DNA from: Pristiophorus japonicus
Taxonomy: Eukaryota
Length of the DNA stretch: 64,000 bases
Reading direction: 5' to 3'
Assembly: GCF_044704955.1 (NCBI RefSeq)
Contig: NC_091978.1
Location: 272,428,001-272,492,000 of the forward strand
Shown: positions 1 through 11,752 of the stretch, piece after piece
Layout of the letters: each line of letters begins with the position of its first letter
Numbering within the stretch: the first letter of the stretch is position 1
The notes under the pieces: generated by a model
What the model saw: only the letters and a program-made list of their open reading frames with translations
Databases searched by the model: none
Told to the model about the DNA's origin: nothing
Program-made: the position numbers and the translations under genes

Positions 1-4
1 GCGA

Positions 5-300
5 TACCGGCTAGGCCACACTTATTGTCATCCCTGGTTGCCCTGAGAAGGTGGTGGTTCTCCTTGAATCCCTGTAATCTTTGTGCTTCCAGGATGGTGT
101 TAGATATAGAATTCCACGATATTGACCAAACAATGATAAAGAAAAGGTAATGTCTGTCCAAGTCAGGACAGTGTGCGCCTTGGAGGGGAAATTGTAAGTG
201 ATACTGTTCCCACCCCATTGCTGCTCGTCCTTCGTAGTAGTAGTCACAGGGGAGGGATATACTGTCAAAGTAACCTTTGTGAGTTGCGACAATGCACCTG
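5..300 (-). mobile_element. Degenerate 3' end of a CR1/L2-group LINE
   Basis: Minus-strand translation loosely resembles a LINE ORF2 C-terminus; heavily decayed. Confidence 0.4.
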
Positions 301-834
301 TCGATCACAAATATTACAACCAGAGTGCATATAATGTGATATGAAATAAAAGCATGCAAATTAAATGAATAGATCATCTGTTCAATCTATAATACGCAAT
401 GAGAAGACCCTTCCAAGATCTCATAGTACCAGTGGGGCCTTGCTAATAGACAGAAAATCGCAAGTAAAGCACCTATGTTTTTCCGGTAAGTGACCTACTG
501 TGTGCAGCACAGGCCCTCGAAAAATTCCGTTCATTGTATTGCAACAGTTTTACAATATACATGGGATACTGAAGAATTCACTTTTTCAGGGAGGACAGGG
601 TGGAAAACATCCTCACTGACCGTGGTTCTGAGAAATTCTAACCTGGGCAGTTATGATGTTTAGGAGCCTCTTACTCCATAGGATGGATGTGACATAAAAT
701 AAAGTCAGCACTCCGTGTTTCTATGATTTTAGAATCTGGGAAAATCTGAATTTGCAAATGGCTTTCAACCAGCGGTGTCTCTGGGGTACTTTGGATAAAG
801 GCCCTTTTGTAATATGGCTGCATTGCAAACACAA

Positions 835-1972
835 GGGCCGAGATTTCGCTCACCTCGGCATGTCCGATGCAGCCGGTGGCAGGTTGTGGCCCCGCTGCTG
901 GCTGCATCCTACTACCTAAAATTAACTTACTTTAATTAAGCTTGTTAAGCCCACCCAATGCGTTTCCCGGCTCAATTAGATGGAGCGTGTCTGGTGACAT
1001 AATTCATGATGCATTGGCATGCAGGTACAGCAGGCGGTTAAGAAAGCAAATGGCATGTTGGCCTTCATAGCGAGGGGATTTGAGTACAGGGGCAGGGAGG
1101 TGTTGCTACAGTTGTACAGGGCCTTGGTGAGGCCACACCTGGAGTATTGTGTACAGTTTTGGTCTCCTAACTTGAGGAAGGACATTCTTGCTATTGAGGG
1201 AGTGCAGCGAAAGTTCACCAGACTGATTCCCGGGATGGTGGGACTGACCTATCAAGAAAGACTGGATCAACTGGGTTTGTATTCACTGGAGTTCAGAAGA
1301 ATGAGAGGGGACCTCATAGAAACGTTTAAAATTCTGACGGGTTTAGACAGGTTGGATGCAGGAAGAATGTTCCCAATGTTGGGGAAGTCCAGAACCAGGG
1401 GTCACAGTCTAAGGATAAGGGGTAAGCCATTTAGGACCGAGATGAGGAGAAACTTCTTCACCCAGAGAGTGGTGAACCTGTGGAATTCTCTACCACAGAA
1501 AGTAGTTGAGGCCAATTCACTAAATATATTCAAAAGGGAGTTAGATGAAGTCCTTACTACTAGGGGGATCAAGGGGTATGGCGAGAAAGCAGGAAGGGGG
1601 TACTGAATTTGCGTGTTCAGCCATGAACTCATTGAATGGCGGTGCAGGCTAAAAGGGCCGAATGGCCTACTCCTGCACCTATTTTCTATGCTTCTATGTT
1701 TCTATGTCTTAAGCCAGTTTCCTTAAAGGGACCTTGTCCACCTTACTTTTGATGTTTGTGCTGACAATCGCTGCATAGAGGTGTAGGGCTGCTCCCAGGT
1801 TCTCCCAAGATTCCCTCCATATGCTTATGGAGGGAGTGATAGCACCCAGGGAGGTTCTCTTCCCTTCTTATGGGCTAATAAGACCTCCCCAGGAGACCAC
1901 GACAGCCTGCTTGCACATTGCAGAGTAGGTCACAAGCAGGGATGTCATCAGGAGGACCAGGCTGTAGTGGCG
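835..1972 (+). mobile_element. Harbinger transposon left remnant with decayed Myb/SANT exon 1 (~1785-1972), interrupted by CR1
   Basis: TIR-like gggccgagattt at 835. Across frameshifts it reads RAAPRFS..SLHMLMEGVIAPREVLFP...IAE*VTSRDVIRRTRL*WRK, the same pattern as the Myb/SANT ORF at 8139-8378. Confidence 0.6.
1013..1707 (+). mobile_element. CR1 LINE, 5'-truncated (ORF2 C-terminus, 3'UTR, tail)
   Basis: ORF 1019-1606 with LVRPHLEYCVQFWSP and FFTQRVVNLWNSLP; (TTCTATGT)n tail. Confidence 0.95.
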
Positions 1973-2476
1973 CAAGTCTAGAGGAGTCCGTGTTCCACAT
2001 TTATGTTGAATGTGTGAGGTTGCAGCCCCTCTTCCAATATTGGAAGCGGCTGCTCCTCAAATTCTGGTTGCACTTCAGTCCCACACTCCTGGTCTTTGGC
2101 CACCCTGTGCGGAGGGGAGCGAGCAGGTCGGAAGGCCTCCTCGTAGGACTGCTCCTGGCATCGGCCCAGGCAGCAGGTGGTCGAGGGGGTCATTCAGCGT
2201 GACTGCCTGCCTCTCTTCCGCGGTTACATCCGAGACAGGGTGCCCCTGGTGATGGAGCATGCGGTGTCCACCGGTATACTTGCGGCCTTTCGCGAGAGTT
2301 AGGCGCCAGAGGGACTGGAGTGCATCATCATCCCCGGCAACCAAATTTTGATCCAGTTGACTGTCCAAAGTTTAATTTGTTTAAGTTTGTTGATTTTAGC
2401 ACCCCCACCCCCCCCCGCATTAATCAGGGGGCACGTGATTTAATGTTTTATTGTTTTACAGATACAACAAAATAGT
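1973..2476 (+). mobile_element. L1/Tx1-clade LINE 3' fragment with 10-bp target-site duplication
   Basis: EESVFHIYVEC zinc-knuckle half followed by LQPLFQY..LLLKFWLHFSPTLLVFG; TGTAGTGGCG repeated at 1963-1972 and 2477-2486. Confidence 0.75.
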
Positions 2477-2486
2477 TGTAGTGGCG

Positions 2487-5400
2487 TGTAATGTCTGTAA
2501 GCTTGTAATGTTGCAGCTCCACACCGTGGATGTGGACGTATTGTGTTACTGCAACTAAAGGTGAATAAATGAGTCAGCTGTCCAGAAGCTTCCGGAACTT
2601 CTGAGATGCAGTCTGCCATTACAGAAAGCTGTATGTGCTGTGCTCTGAATATATCACATTTGGTGATGAGATGGAAATTTTCAGATGATATAAAGCTGAA
2701 ATTTTGTTGGTGAAGGATTCAGCCAGCCGACAGAGAGATTTTGGAAGCTTCTCTGTCTTTGGAAATAGCTACAAAATCCGAGGTAAAAACCGAGCACACT
2801 GTCTGCACTGCAGAGACAAAATGGCGGCACCCATAGGAGTAATGGGACACCAAGGTGAATATAAACGTGACCAGGAAAGGTTTAAGGCGTATGTGGACTG
2901 GCTACAAATGTATTTCACTGCAAATAATATAATCGAAGTTCCAGAGAATGCTGATCAGAACCGAGCTGTGTTGGAATGTAAGAGAGTGATTTTCTTATCT
3001 GAAGCGGGTCCGGAGTTGTATGAAACCCTGATAAATCTGCTTGTGCCTGACGAGCGAAAGGTCACAATGTTTCAAGATTTTAACGAAGCTGGAGCAGTAC
3101 TACAACCTCAAACCGTTAGAAATTGCTGAAAGCTATCGTTTCGGTATACAAAATCAAAAGACTGATGAAAATATCAGTGAATACAATGTAGCATTAAAAA
3201 AGCTATCTATTCACTGTAATTTCAGAAACTTCCAAAACCAAGCATTCCAGGACCGTTTTGTTTGTGGAATGAAAAATGATGCGACCAGAAGAAAGTTATT
3301 AATGACGGATGACTTGACCCTTGAAATTGCTTGTCAGACAGCAAGGTCGATGGGCATGGCCAACCAATATTCCCGTCAATTTCATAATAATTACAGTCAT
3401 CAGTCAACCGAGATGAATCGCCTGCAGATTCAAAGTAAAAGGTGGTGGGGGCCCAAAGTCTCAGAAACTGGAAATTCTAACAGAGCACCAAAGTCATGCT
3501 ATAGGTGCCTGGGACAACACATTGCTCAAAGTTGTCCATATGTGAAAGCAGAGGGTTTCTTCTGCAGAAAGACTGGGCATCTTGCGAAGGCATACCGACT
3601 GAAGGGTAAACCAGCTTTCAAAGCAGAGTCCAGTTTTCAAAGCTATGAGTAGAAATCCCCAGAGACTACACAGTATGGAAGAACAACAACAGGACGAGGA
3701 TATGTTAGAGTTACACATCATCAGGAGCACGAGGTTAACGGACAGTGATTCAAAAAGTATCAAAATCCACATAGAGGTTGCGGGATTCAAGATACCAATG
3801 GAATTCGACACGGGTGCATCCGTGAGTGTAGTACCAGAGTTGCTATCCCTCGACAAATTACGTGATTTCCCATTGGAGAAATCCAAGATGGAGCTGCGAG
3901 GCTACTCAGGAGAGAACATTCCTGTGGTAGGTCGTATCACCGTACCAGTGAAGTACAAGGATCAATTTCAGAACTTGCCTCAAATAGTGGTGAAAGGAGA
4001 CAAACCTGCCTTACGAGGAAGAAATTGGTTGAGATCACTGAAGCTGGATTGGAATGAGATTTTCCGTGTTGAAATGAGATTTGCATCAACGGATGATGTT
4101 ATCAAGAGTTATCTGAAGGTGTTCTGTGAAACGGGCAGTCCGATCCAAGGCTTCAAGGCAAGTGTCAGGGTACAGAAGGACGCTAGATCGGTTTACTGCA
4201 AGCCACGTTCCGTACCATATGCACTCACAGAGAAAGTTGAGCAAGAACTCAAAAGACTAGTGACTGAGAACATTATTTGTAAGATAGATCGATGTAATTG
4301 GGCTACAGCCATTGTTGTTGTACCCAAGTCTAATGGTAAGGTAAGATTGTGTAGTGATTATAAAGTAACCGTAAACCAAGTTCGAGAGGGTAATGTCTCC
4401 AATACATTGCTGAATATAGAAGGTTTGTTCACAACACTGACAGGTGGTCAGATTTTCTCAAAACTGGATATTACGAAAGCCTACTTACAGCTTGAACTAG
4501 ATGAGAAGTCCAAGTCATGCTTGACTATAAATACTCATCTAGGCTTATATCAATTTAATACGCTGTCGTTTGGAGTGTCTTCTGCCCCTGCCATATTCCA
4601 AGGGGTGATGAACCAGATTTTGTAAGGTATTGAAGGGGTAGTATGTTATTTGGATGACATACTAATTTCAGCACCAAATAGGCAAATTCATAATAACATA
4701 TTTAATTAAGTCCTCAAACGGCTAGAGAAGCACAGAGTATGAGTTTCTGCTCGTAAGTGTGAGTTATTTCAAAACTCAATGGAGTACTTAGGGTACAGAG
4801 TAGATAAAAATAGTTTACATCCAACCATGGGAAAGCTGGATGCAATCAGAAATGCACCCACTCCCAGGAATGTCACTGAACTTCGATCATTTTTGGGTCT
4901 TTTGAACTGTTATGGGAAGTTCCTACCAAATTTGGCTACAGTATTACATCCATTGAATGAACTATTGAAAAAACAGGTCCATTGGAAGTGGTCAAAAGAA
5001 TGCGATACAGCATTCAAGGAGTGTAAAAGCGAATTGGTAGAGAGCACCATGTTAGTTCACGATGACGTATCGAAGGAGATTAAGCTAGCATGTGATGCCT
5101 CTCCATATGGAGTTGGGGCAATAATCTCTCATGAATTACGTAGTGGGGAGGAGAGACCAATTGCTTTTGCTTCACGCACTCTCAGTGCCAGGGAGAGTAA
5201 TTATGCGCAAATCGAAAGGGAAGCTTTGGTATTAATTTTTGGGGTCAAGAAGTTTCACAAATACTTGTATGGTCGTAAGTTTACCATCGTTATGGACCAT
5301 AAGCCCTTAACAGAAATCCTCCATCCAAAGTCCCCAGTTTTAACATTAGCTGCAGCCTGAATGCAGAGATGGGCTTTGATTTGTCACTATATACATATGA

Positions 5401-7225
5401 TATTGAATACAGCTGATCAGCTGATCACAGTAATGTTGATGCTATGTCTAGATTGCCTTCCCTATCACAAGTTACACCCGATAAGGAAGAAGTGTTTTAT
5501 TTTTCATACATTGATGAACTGCCAGTCACAGCTGAAGAGATTGGTAGAGCAACCAAACATGACCCAGTGATGTCAAAGGTGTATAATTATATTACAAATG
5601 GATGGCCAAACGAGGTAACAGACAAAGATATTCATCCATTCTTCATTCGTAAGAATGAATTATCAGTTGATAAAGATTGCATCATGTGGGGTGCAAGAGT
5701 GGTTATACCAAATAAATTCAGGTCCAAATTATTAGGAGACCTCCATGACCAGCACCTGGGAATGTGCTTGACCAAGAGTTTTGCACGCAGTTATTTATGG
5801 TGGCCAGATCTTGATAAAGATAGAGTACATCGTGGGTCAGTGTACGACATGTCAATCGGTAAGCAAGCAACCACCACCAGTACCATTACAGTCATGGAAA
5901 TGGCCTCCCAGGGTGTGGCAAAGGCTACATATTGATTTTGCTGAGCTAGAAGGACAACAATTGTTCATTGTGATTGATAGCCATTCGAAGTGGGTCGAGG
6001 TGTTTTCAATGTGGAAAACAACAAGTAAAACTTTAGACATTTTACGAAGTTTATTTTCTTTATTTGGCCTCCCAGAAGAAATTGTTTCGAAATTTAATGG
6101 ACCACAATTCCGTTCAGAAGAATTTGCATAGCTGACGAGCAAAAATGGCGTGAAACATACCAAGGTTCCAGCATACCTCCCTGCTTCGAATGGTGCAGCA
6201 GAGCGCACTATACAAATTGTAAAATATGCCCTTATAAAACAAATGTTAGATCCAAATCCAAAGAAACGACAGTTGTCATTGGATCACGAATTGGCTAATT
6301 TTCTAATGACATATCGTAATACTCCTCATACAACTACTGGTAGAACACCAGCAGAATTGTTCCTAAAATGACAACCACGAATCAGATTCTTGTTGTTAAA
6401 ACCAAATTTGGCACAATCCGTAGAGGAGACACAATTAAGACAGAAAAGAGAATCATGACAGAGGTAGAGTAAAAGAGAGAAGTGTGAAATTAAATCAGAA
6501 GGTGAGAGTGAAGAACCATCACTATAAATGGTTAAAGTGGTTACTAGGAAGAGTGGTGAAGATATGTGGTCCTCGCACATATTTGCTCAAGATCTTTAAT
6601 CATGGACAGGTTAGGTTTGTTCACATTGATCATATTTTACCTACAGACATAGAAGGAGTTGAAGGTGGGAATGATTCAATTATTTCTGACTCAGAGTTTT
6701 GATACACCAGTAGCAAATCCTACATCTAATGTACTGGAAACAAAATCAGAATTTAAGTCCAAGTCTGAGTCAGAGAAACAAACAGTCTGAAGTTAGAGCG
6801 AGCTCAAATGAAAATCAAGGAAATCCCTTGGGGAAAAACATTCCTCAGGATGAGCCTCGAATGAGTTTAAATTCGCCACCATATTTGGAAGGTTCTGTTT
6901 GAGAGCAAAGGTATCCTCTTCGAAACAGAAAACAAGTGGTTAAGTTAAATTTGTAAATATGGCAAAATAAGTCCATATCCTTTGTTATGTATAACCATGC
7001 AAGTTATGTATGATGTTTGTTGTAATAACTTCTTCATTAAGGAGGGAGAAGTGTAATGTCTGTAAGCTTGTAATGTTGTAGCGCCACACTGTGGATGTGG
7101 ACGTATTGTGTTACTGCAACTAAAGGTGAATAAATGAGTCAGCTGACCAGAAGCTTCCGGAACTTCTGAGATGCAGTCTGCCATTACAGAAAGCTGTGTG
7201 TGCTGTGCTCTGTGAATATATCACA
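2487..7225 (+). mobile_element. Full-length decayed Ty3/gypsy (Mag-like) LTR retrotransposon
   Basis: TG..CA LTRs at 2487-2658 and 7052-7225; PBS TGGTGATGAGATGG after the 5' LTR; polypurine tract AAGGAGGGAGAAG at 7039-7051; gag-PR-RT-RH-INT domain order. Confidence 0.95.
2821..6950 (+). pseudogene. gag-pol polyprotein, disrupted by frameshifts and stops
   Basis: Zinc knuckles CYRCLGQHIAQSC; protease FDTGASVS; RT YLDD (~4646-4657); RNase H CDASPYGVGA; integrase HIDFA/VIDSHSKW/SNGAAER split across ORFs. Confidence 0.92.
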
Positions 7226-7330
7226 TTTGGCGATGAGATGGGACTTTTCAGATGATATAAAGCTGAAATTTTGTTGGTGAAGGATTCAGCCAGCCGACAG
7301 AGAGATTTTGGAAGCTTCTCTGTCTTTGGA
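7226..7330 (+). repeat. Second copy of PBS plus 5' leader directly after the 3' LTR
   Basis: Near-identical to 2659-2763. Confidence 0.9.
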
Positions 7331-7559
7331 TTTTTATCTGGCTCACCCCCATCAGTCCTCTGTTGCTCTAAACGGTTGTGAGATACCTTCGCCGGCAAAG
7401 CAAATAAGACTTGCTGAGTAGCAGTGTCATGAGGCCTTGGCAATAAGTGCAAGTGTAGGTCCATTATATGCAGATGTAACTGTGACATGAAAGGGAGCCT
7501 CCATTGTGGGAATGGGATATGGACCTCAGCAATCAAATGTTGCTTCAGTTACTATATAG

Positions 7560-8057
7560 TGAAGGTGAGAAATCCTGGTCGCTGTTTTGGAGCGTGGGCA
7601 GGAACATCGGCTGGACCTGGGAACAGAGGAGTGGAAAGGTCGGGGCGGATGAGCGGCGAGTGTTTGTGGCGAGATACGATAAATGTTTATGGTAGAGGAG
7701 CAGCGGGAGATTGTGGCGGAGGTGCGACAGATGAGGGTACGGGACCCAGAAGAGCTGAGGGCCTAGGGGCAGCACAGGCAAGCCCACACTGCAATGTGTG
7801 TGCGCGTTAGGTCCGTGCAGCAGAGCAGGTCTCCCGTCGTTTTGGTTAATCCTTGCCATTGGACCAAGACCTAGCTCTGTCAAGCCAGTTTGGTGGCTGG
7901 TGTGCAACAGTCACCACACGTTAAAAAAAATTCATGCACAGGCATCTTCCACCCCCTCAACTGGAGTTCAGGACTGGAACATTGGGTCCTTCATCGAAAC
8001 ACCTGTGAACTTGTGGAAGCAAGTCATCCTTGTTCGAGGATATGCCTATGATGATGA
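7560..8057 (+). mobile_element. Bipartite non-autonomous RTE derivative (SINE-like), copy 1
   Basis: Homologous to 8715-8927, 10900-11022, 14225-14548 and 23357-23770; its tail GTGGAAGCAAGTCATCC..GCCTATGATGATGA matches the RTE 3' end at 36627. Confidence 0.85.
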
Positions 8058-8138
8058 GGAAAGGTGAGAAATAAGAGAAAGTGAAGGAGAGGATTGCTTG
8101 CAGATGGAAGGTAAGGAGTTGGGAGAACATGTACTCAC

Positions 8139-8378
8139 TTTTGTCAGTCGAATTATGCCTTTGAGCCTTTTGTGGCATTGGGTGGCAGTGCGGTCATGAA
8201 TGGAGGGCCCCGAGACTTCCTCAGCGATCTCTCTCCAGGCATTAACAAACACATCGCGAGTCAGTCTGCCTGTGTTGGGGTAAAGAACGTGCCTTCTTCC
8301 CTCCACAGCTTCGATCAGGATCTCGAGTTCGACATCAGAGAATCTGCTGGCCCTCCTTGCTCCTCCTGGATTTGCCAT
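8139..8378 (-). CDS. Harbinger-type Myb/SANT-like DNA-binding protein, exon 1 (80 open codons; remainder not found)
   Basis: MANPGGARRASRFSDVELEILIEAV...AWREIAEEVS...RTATQCHKRLKGII, followed by a GTGAGT donor at 8138; TIR-like ggccgaaattgccc at ~8666-8679. Confidence 0.75.
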
Positions 8379-8714
8379 ACCTTCACAAGCAACTGATTCA
8401 GTGCTCAGGGCCTAACTGCAAAACCTGCCCTTTAAGGCGGCCAGGGAGTAGGTGGCTCATTAGAAGTAAAATCGGCAACAGCTGAATTTTGCGGCCCAAT
8501 CGGCCACTCCGCACCCACACCGCTGAAAACAGCCCATTCCTGCTGCCAATACCGCTCCGCTCTTTTTTCCCAGTAAAAATGCTGAAATTCCCTCTAATGG
8601 CCGTCGCATCGATTACGACGGTAATGAATGGTAAAAAGTGGTAGGTGCGCCTTGTTTCGGGTGGTGGGCAATTTCGGCCACCAGATGTGGTCTCACCAGG
8701 GCCCTATATAATAT

Positions 8715-8927
8715 GTGAGCAGGTCTCCAGTCATCCTGGTTAGCCTTTGCTACTGGATAAAGACCTTGATCTGTCAAGCCCATGTGGTGGCTGATGTGCA
8801 ATGGTCACCATACATTAAAAAAATCCACACAAAGGCAGACTGGAATATCGGGTCCTTCATTGAAACATCTGTGAACTCATGTGGAAGCAAGTCATCCTCG
8901 TTCGAGGGACCACCTATGATGATGATA
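8715..8927 (+). mobile_element. Bipartite RTE derivative, copy 2 (5'-truncated)
   Basis: Homology to copy 1; (TGA)n tail. Confidence 0.85.
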
Positions 8928-10334
8928 TAATTGCAGTAAGGCATCTTTAGGCTTATACTCAAATCCTCTTATACTTTATAGTATATTTCAAGTTGTCAAT
9001 TAATCAGCTGATTCAATGGCCATTCAACTCCTGCCTCAGGTTAACAGACATAGTCTACGTGGGCGAGCTGTTAAGGTTAAAACCATTATTAAGGTTCTGT
9101 CAACAAACCAATACTTGCTTTAATTTGGTCGCCCATCTCTGTGGGTCAGGTCTGATCCAAGATCACAGACCACCATTGGGAAAAGCACGTTGTGGCGAGA
9201 TGAAAAATAAATAACATTTCCCATGCAACCCGCCATTGATCCCGCCCTCTGACCCCCCGGAAAATTCTGGCCAAGTTGTCTGACTGGCAGCTAGAGAACT
9301 CTCTTTGATCAAATAGGAACTTGTACCAATCTTACTGAGATGAGGCAGACACATAATATAAGTTCCTCTTTTACTGAGTGTCTAGAATTATTACATCAAA
9401 ACAAATAGTTACCTGGAACATTCATATATGGTTTACTGTGATGCATGCCTGTTAAGAACAATTGTTAAAGGGTAGCTTTTGCATCAAAGAAAGGACACCC
9501 ATATAATCCAGTGATCATCTCATGGTCACCATCCTTCTTTGTTGTTTATCCTTCAAGGGGAGTGAAAATAGGAGCTCCAGGAACTATCTCCTTCCGTGAT
9601 TGCCATCAGAGATGAGTGCAAAGAACTCAGTAAAAAGTACTGCAAGGATTTCAGACTGTGTGTTTTCTTGTTTTTAAGATAAACAGACCAGTTCATATGT
9701 TGTGTAGGTTTGGTCATTGTACCATATTAATAGCTTGTTTTGTTTTCATATGTTATTTCACCTGTAACTAAATTTGACTAATAGTTTTAGCCTATATAAG
9801 CATTGGTCTAGCAGTAAGCTCTGGCAAGCAATTCAGGGTTATTAAAGCTGATCATACTAACTCTTGCATGGTGGCGAGTAAAGACATAGGTTTCAGTTCA
9901 TAAGGGACTCAGCTTGCTTATAGAATAATTAGCCCTGCCGAACTTGAGAAAAATTATTTCTAGAAAAGCCTAAACTGTAACTCCTTAGTTCCCAAAATAC
10001 TTAACATGGAGATAATTACTGCTCAATGTGCCTATTCTCCAAGTAGTTGCCAACAAAATTAGTTACTTCAGTACAATTTTCTATTTCCATCAGTGAGGAA
10101 ATTGGAAAACAAATTGTGAAACTAGAAAAAATGTAATTTGTGATTGATCTGAAAATAGATCAAATAGACCAATGGAAGGAATGTGAGCCAATGAGCTGAG
10201 TTGATGGAAATTGGCAGTGTCCTTGCACTTCACCATTTTATTCAGTATATGGGGTTTCCATTAATCCTTAAATTATGATTATTTGCAAATCAAATTGATA
10301 AGATGCACCTGAAACAAACACTCACAAATAATAA

Positions 10335-11425
10335 TGCAAATTAAGAAGGCATATGGAATGCTTGCCTTTATTGGTAGAGGCATAGAATACAAGAGCAGGG
10401 AGGTTATGCTTAAATTGTATAATACACTGGTTAGGCCACAGCTGGAATATTGAGTGCAGTGCTGGTCACCATATTATAGGAAGGACGTGATTGCACTGGA
10501 GAGGGTGCAGAGGAGCTTTACAAGGATGCAGTCTGGAATGGAGAATCTTAACTATGAGGGCAGATTGGATAGGCTGGGTTTGTTCTCTTTGGAACAGAGG
10601 AGGCTGAGAGGAGACCTCATTGAGGTGTATAAAATTTTGAGGGGCTTGGATATAGTGGATAGCAAGGGCCTATTTCCCATGGTGCAAGGGTCAATTACGA
10701 TGGTGGTTGGTGAAAGATTTAGAGGGGATTTGAAGGAATGTTTCTTCACACAGAGGGTTGTGGGAGTCTGGAACTCACTGCCTGGAAAGTTGGTAGAGGT
10801 AAAAACCCTCACCACATTTAAAAGGTACTTGGATAGGCACTTGAAGAGCCATAACCTGCAGGGTTACAGACCTAGAGCTATTAAGTGGGATTAGACTGGA
10901 TCATAGGCGGTCTCTCAAACAAGGATGACTTGCTTCCATGAGAGCTCACAGATGTTTCAATGAAGGACCCGATGTTTCAGTCCTGAATTCCAGTTGAGGG
11001 GGTGGAAGATGCTTGTGCATGATTGTTGGCTGACGCAGATACAATGGTAAGTACTTCAGGGAATCTAATACGGCTAGGGTGATCTCCTGGACTAGTTTCA
11101 ATCACCTGGATGGGTCGGAGAGGAATTTTCCCAATTTTCTTTCCCTAATTGATCTGGGTTTTTAAATCTGTTTTTTGCCGCTCTCAGGAGATTGCATGGC
11201 TCCGGGTGGAGTGGAGTGTAAAATGTTGTGATACGTGGGGTATCGCAGTTGTGGACGGCGGACTGGTTGAGCTGGGTGCTGTTTACCTTTCCGCCATTGT
11301 TCATTGTTAATAGGTTTATATGTAACCTTCAGGGCTGCTGACCGAGGGCCATGTGGCTCTTTCTTGGCCGGGCAGACACAATGGGCCAAAATGACAACCT
11401 TCTGTGCTGTAGATTTCTGTTTCTA
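10335..11425 (+). mobile_element. CR1 LINE 3' fragment with long 3'UTR, interrupted by an RTE derivative
   Basis: ORF 10454-10894 ALERVQRSFTRM..FFTQRVVGVWNSLP; degenerate tail at ~11400-11425. Confidence 0.88.
10900..11022 (-). mobile_element. Bipartite RTE derivative, copy 3 (3' end only)
   Basis: Reverse complement of the copy 1 3' end. Confidence 0.8.
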
Positions 11426-11752
11426 AATAGCATAGATGCATTTAAGGGGAAGCGAGATAAACATATGAGGGAGAAAGGAATAGAAGGTTATGATGATAGA
11501 ATTAGATGAAGAGGGGTAGGAGGAGGCTCTGTGGAGCATAAACATTAGCATGGATCTGTTGGGTCGAATGGCCTGTTTCTAAGCTGTAGATTCTATATCA
11601 TTCTATGAAATATAATCTGGAAATAGAATCGCCAGAAAAATGTGCATGGCTATGGGGAAAGAACAGGGGAGTGAGACTAATTGAATAGCTCTTTCAAAGA
11701 GTCAACACAGGCACGATGGGCCAAGTAGCCTCCTTCTGTGCTGTATGATTCT
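11426..11752 (+). mobile_element. Two stacked short CR1 3' tails
   Basis: gggtcgaatggcctgtttct..ttctat (to ~11607) and gggccaagtagcctccttctgtgctgtatgattcta (to 11752). Confidence 0.75.
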
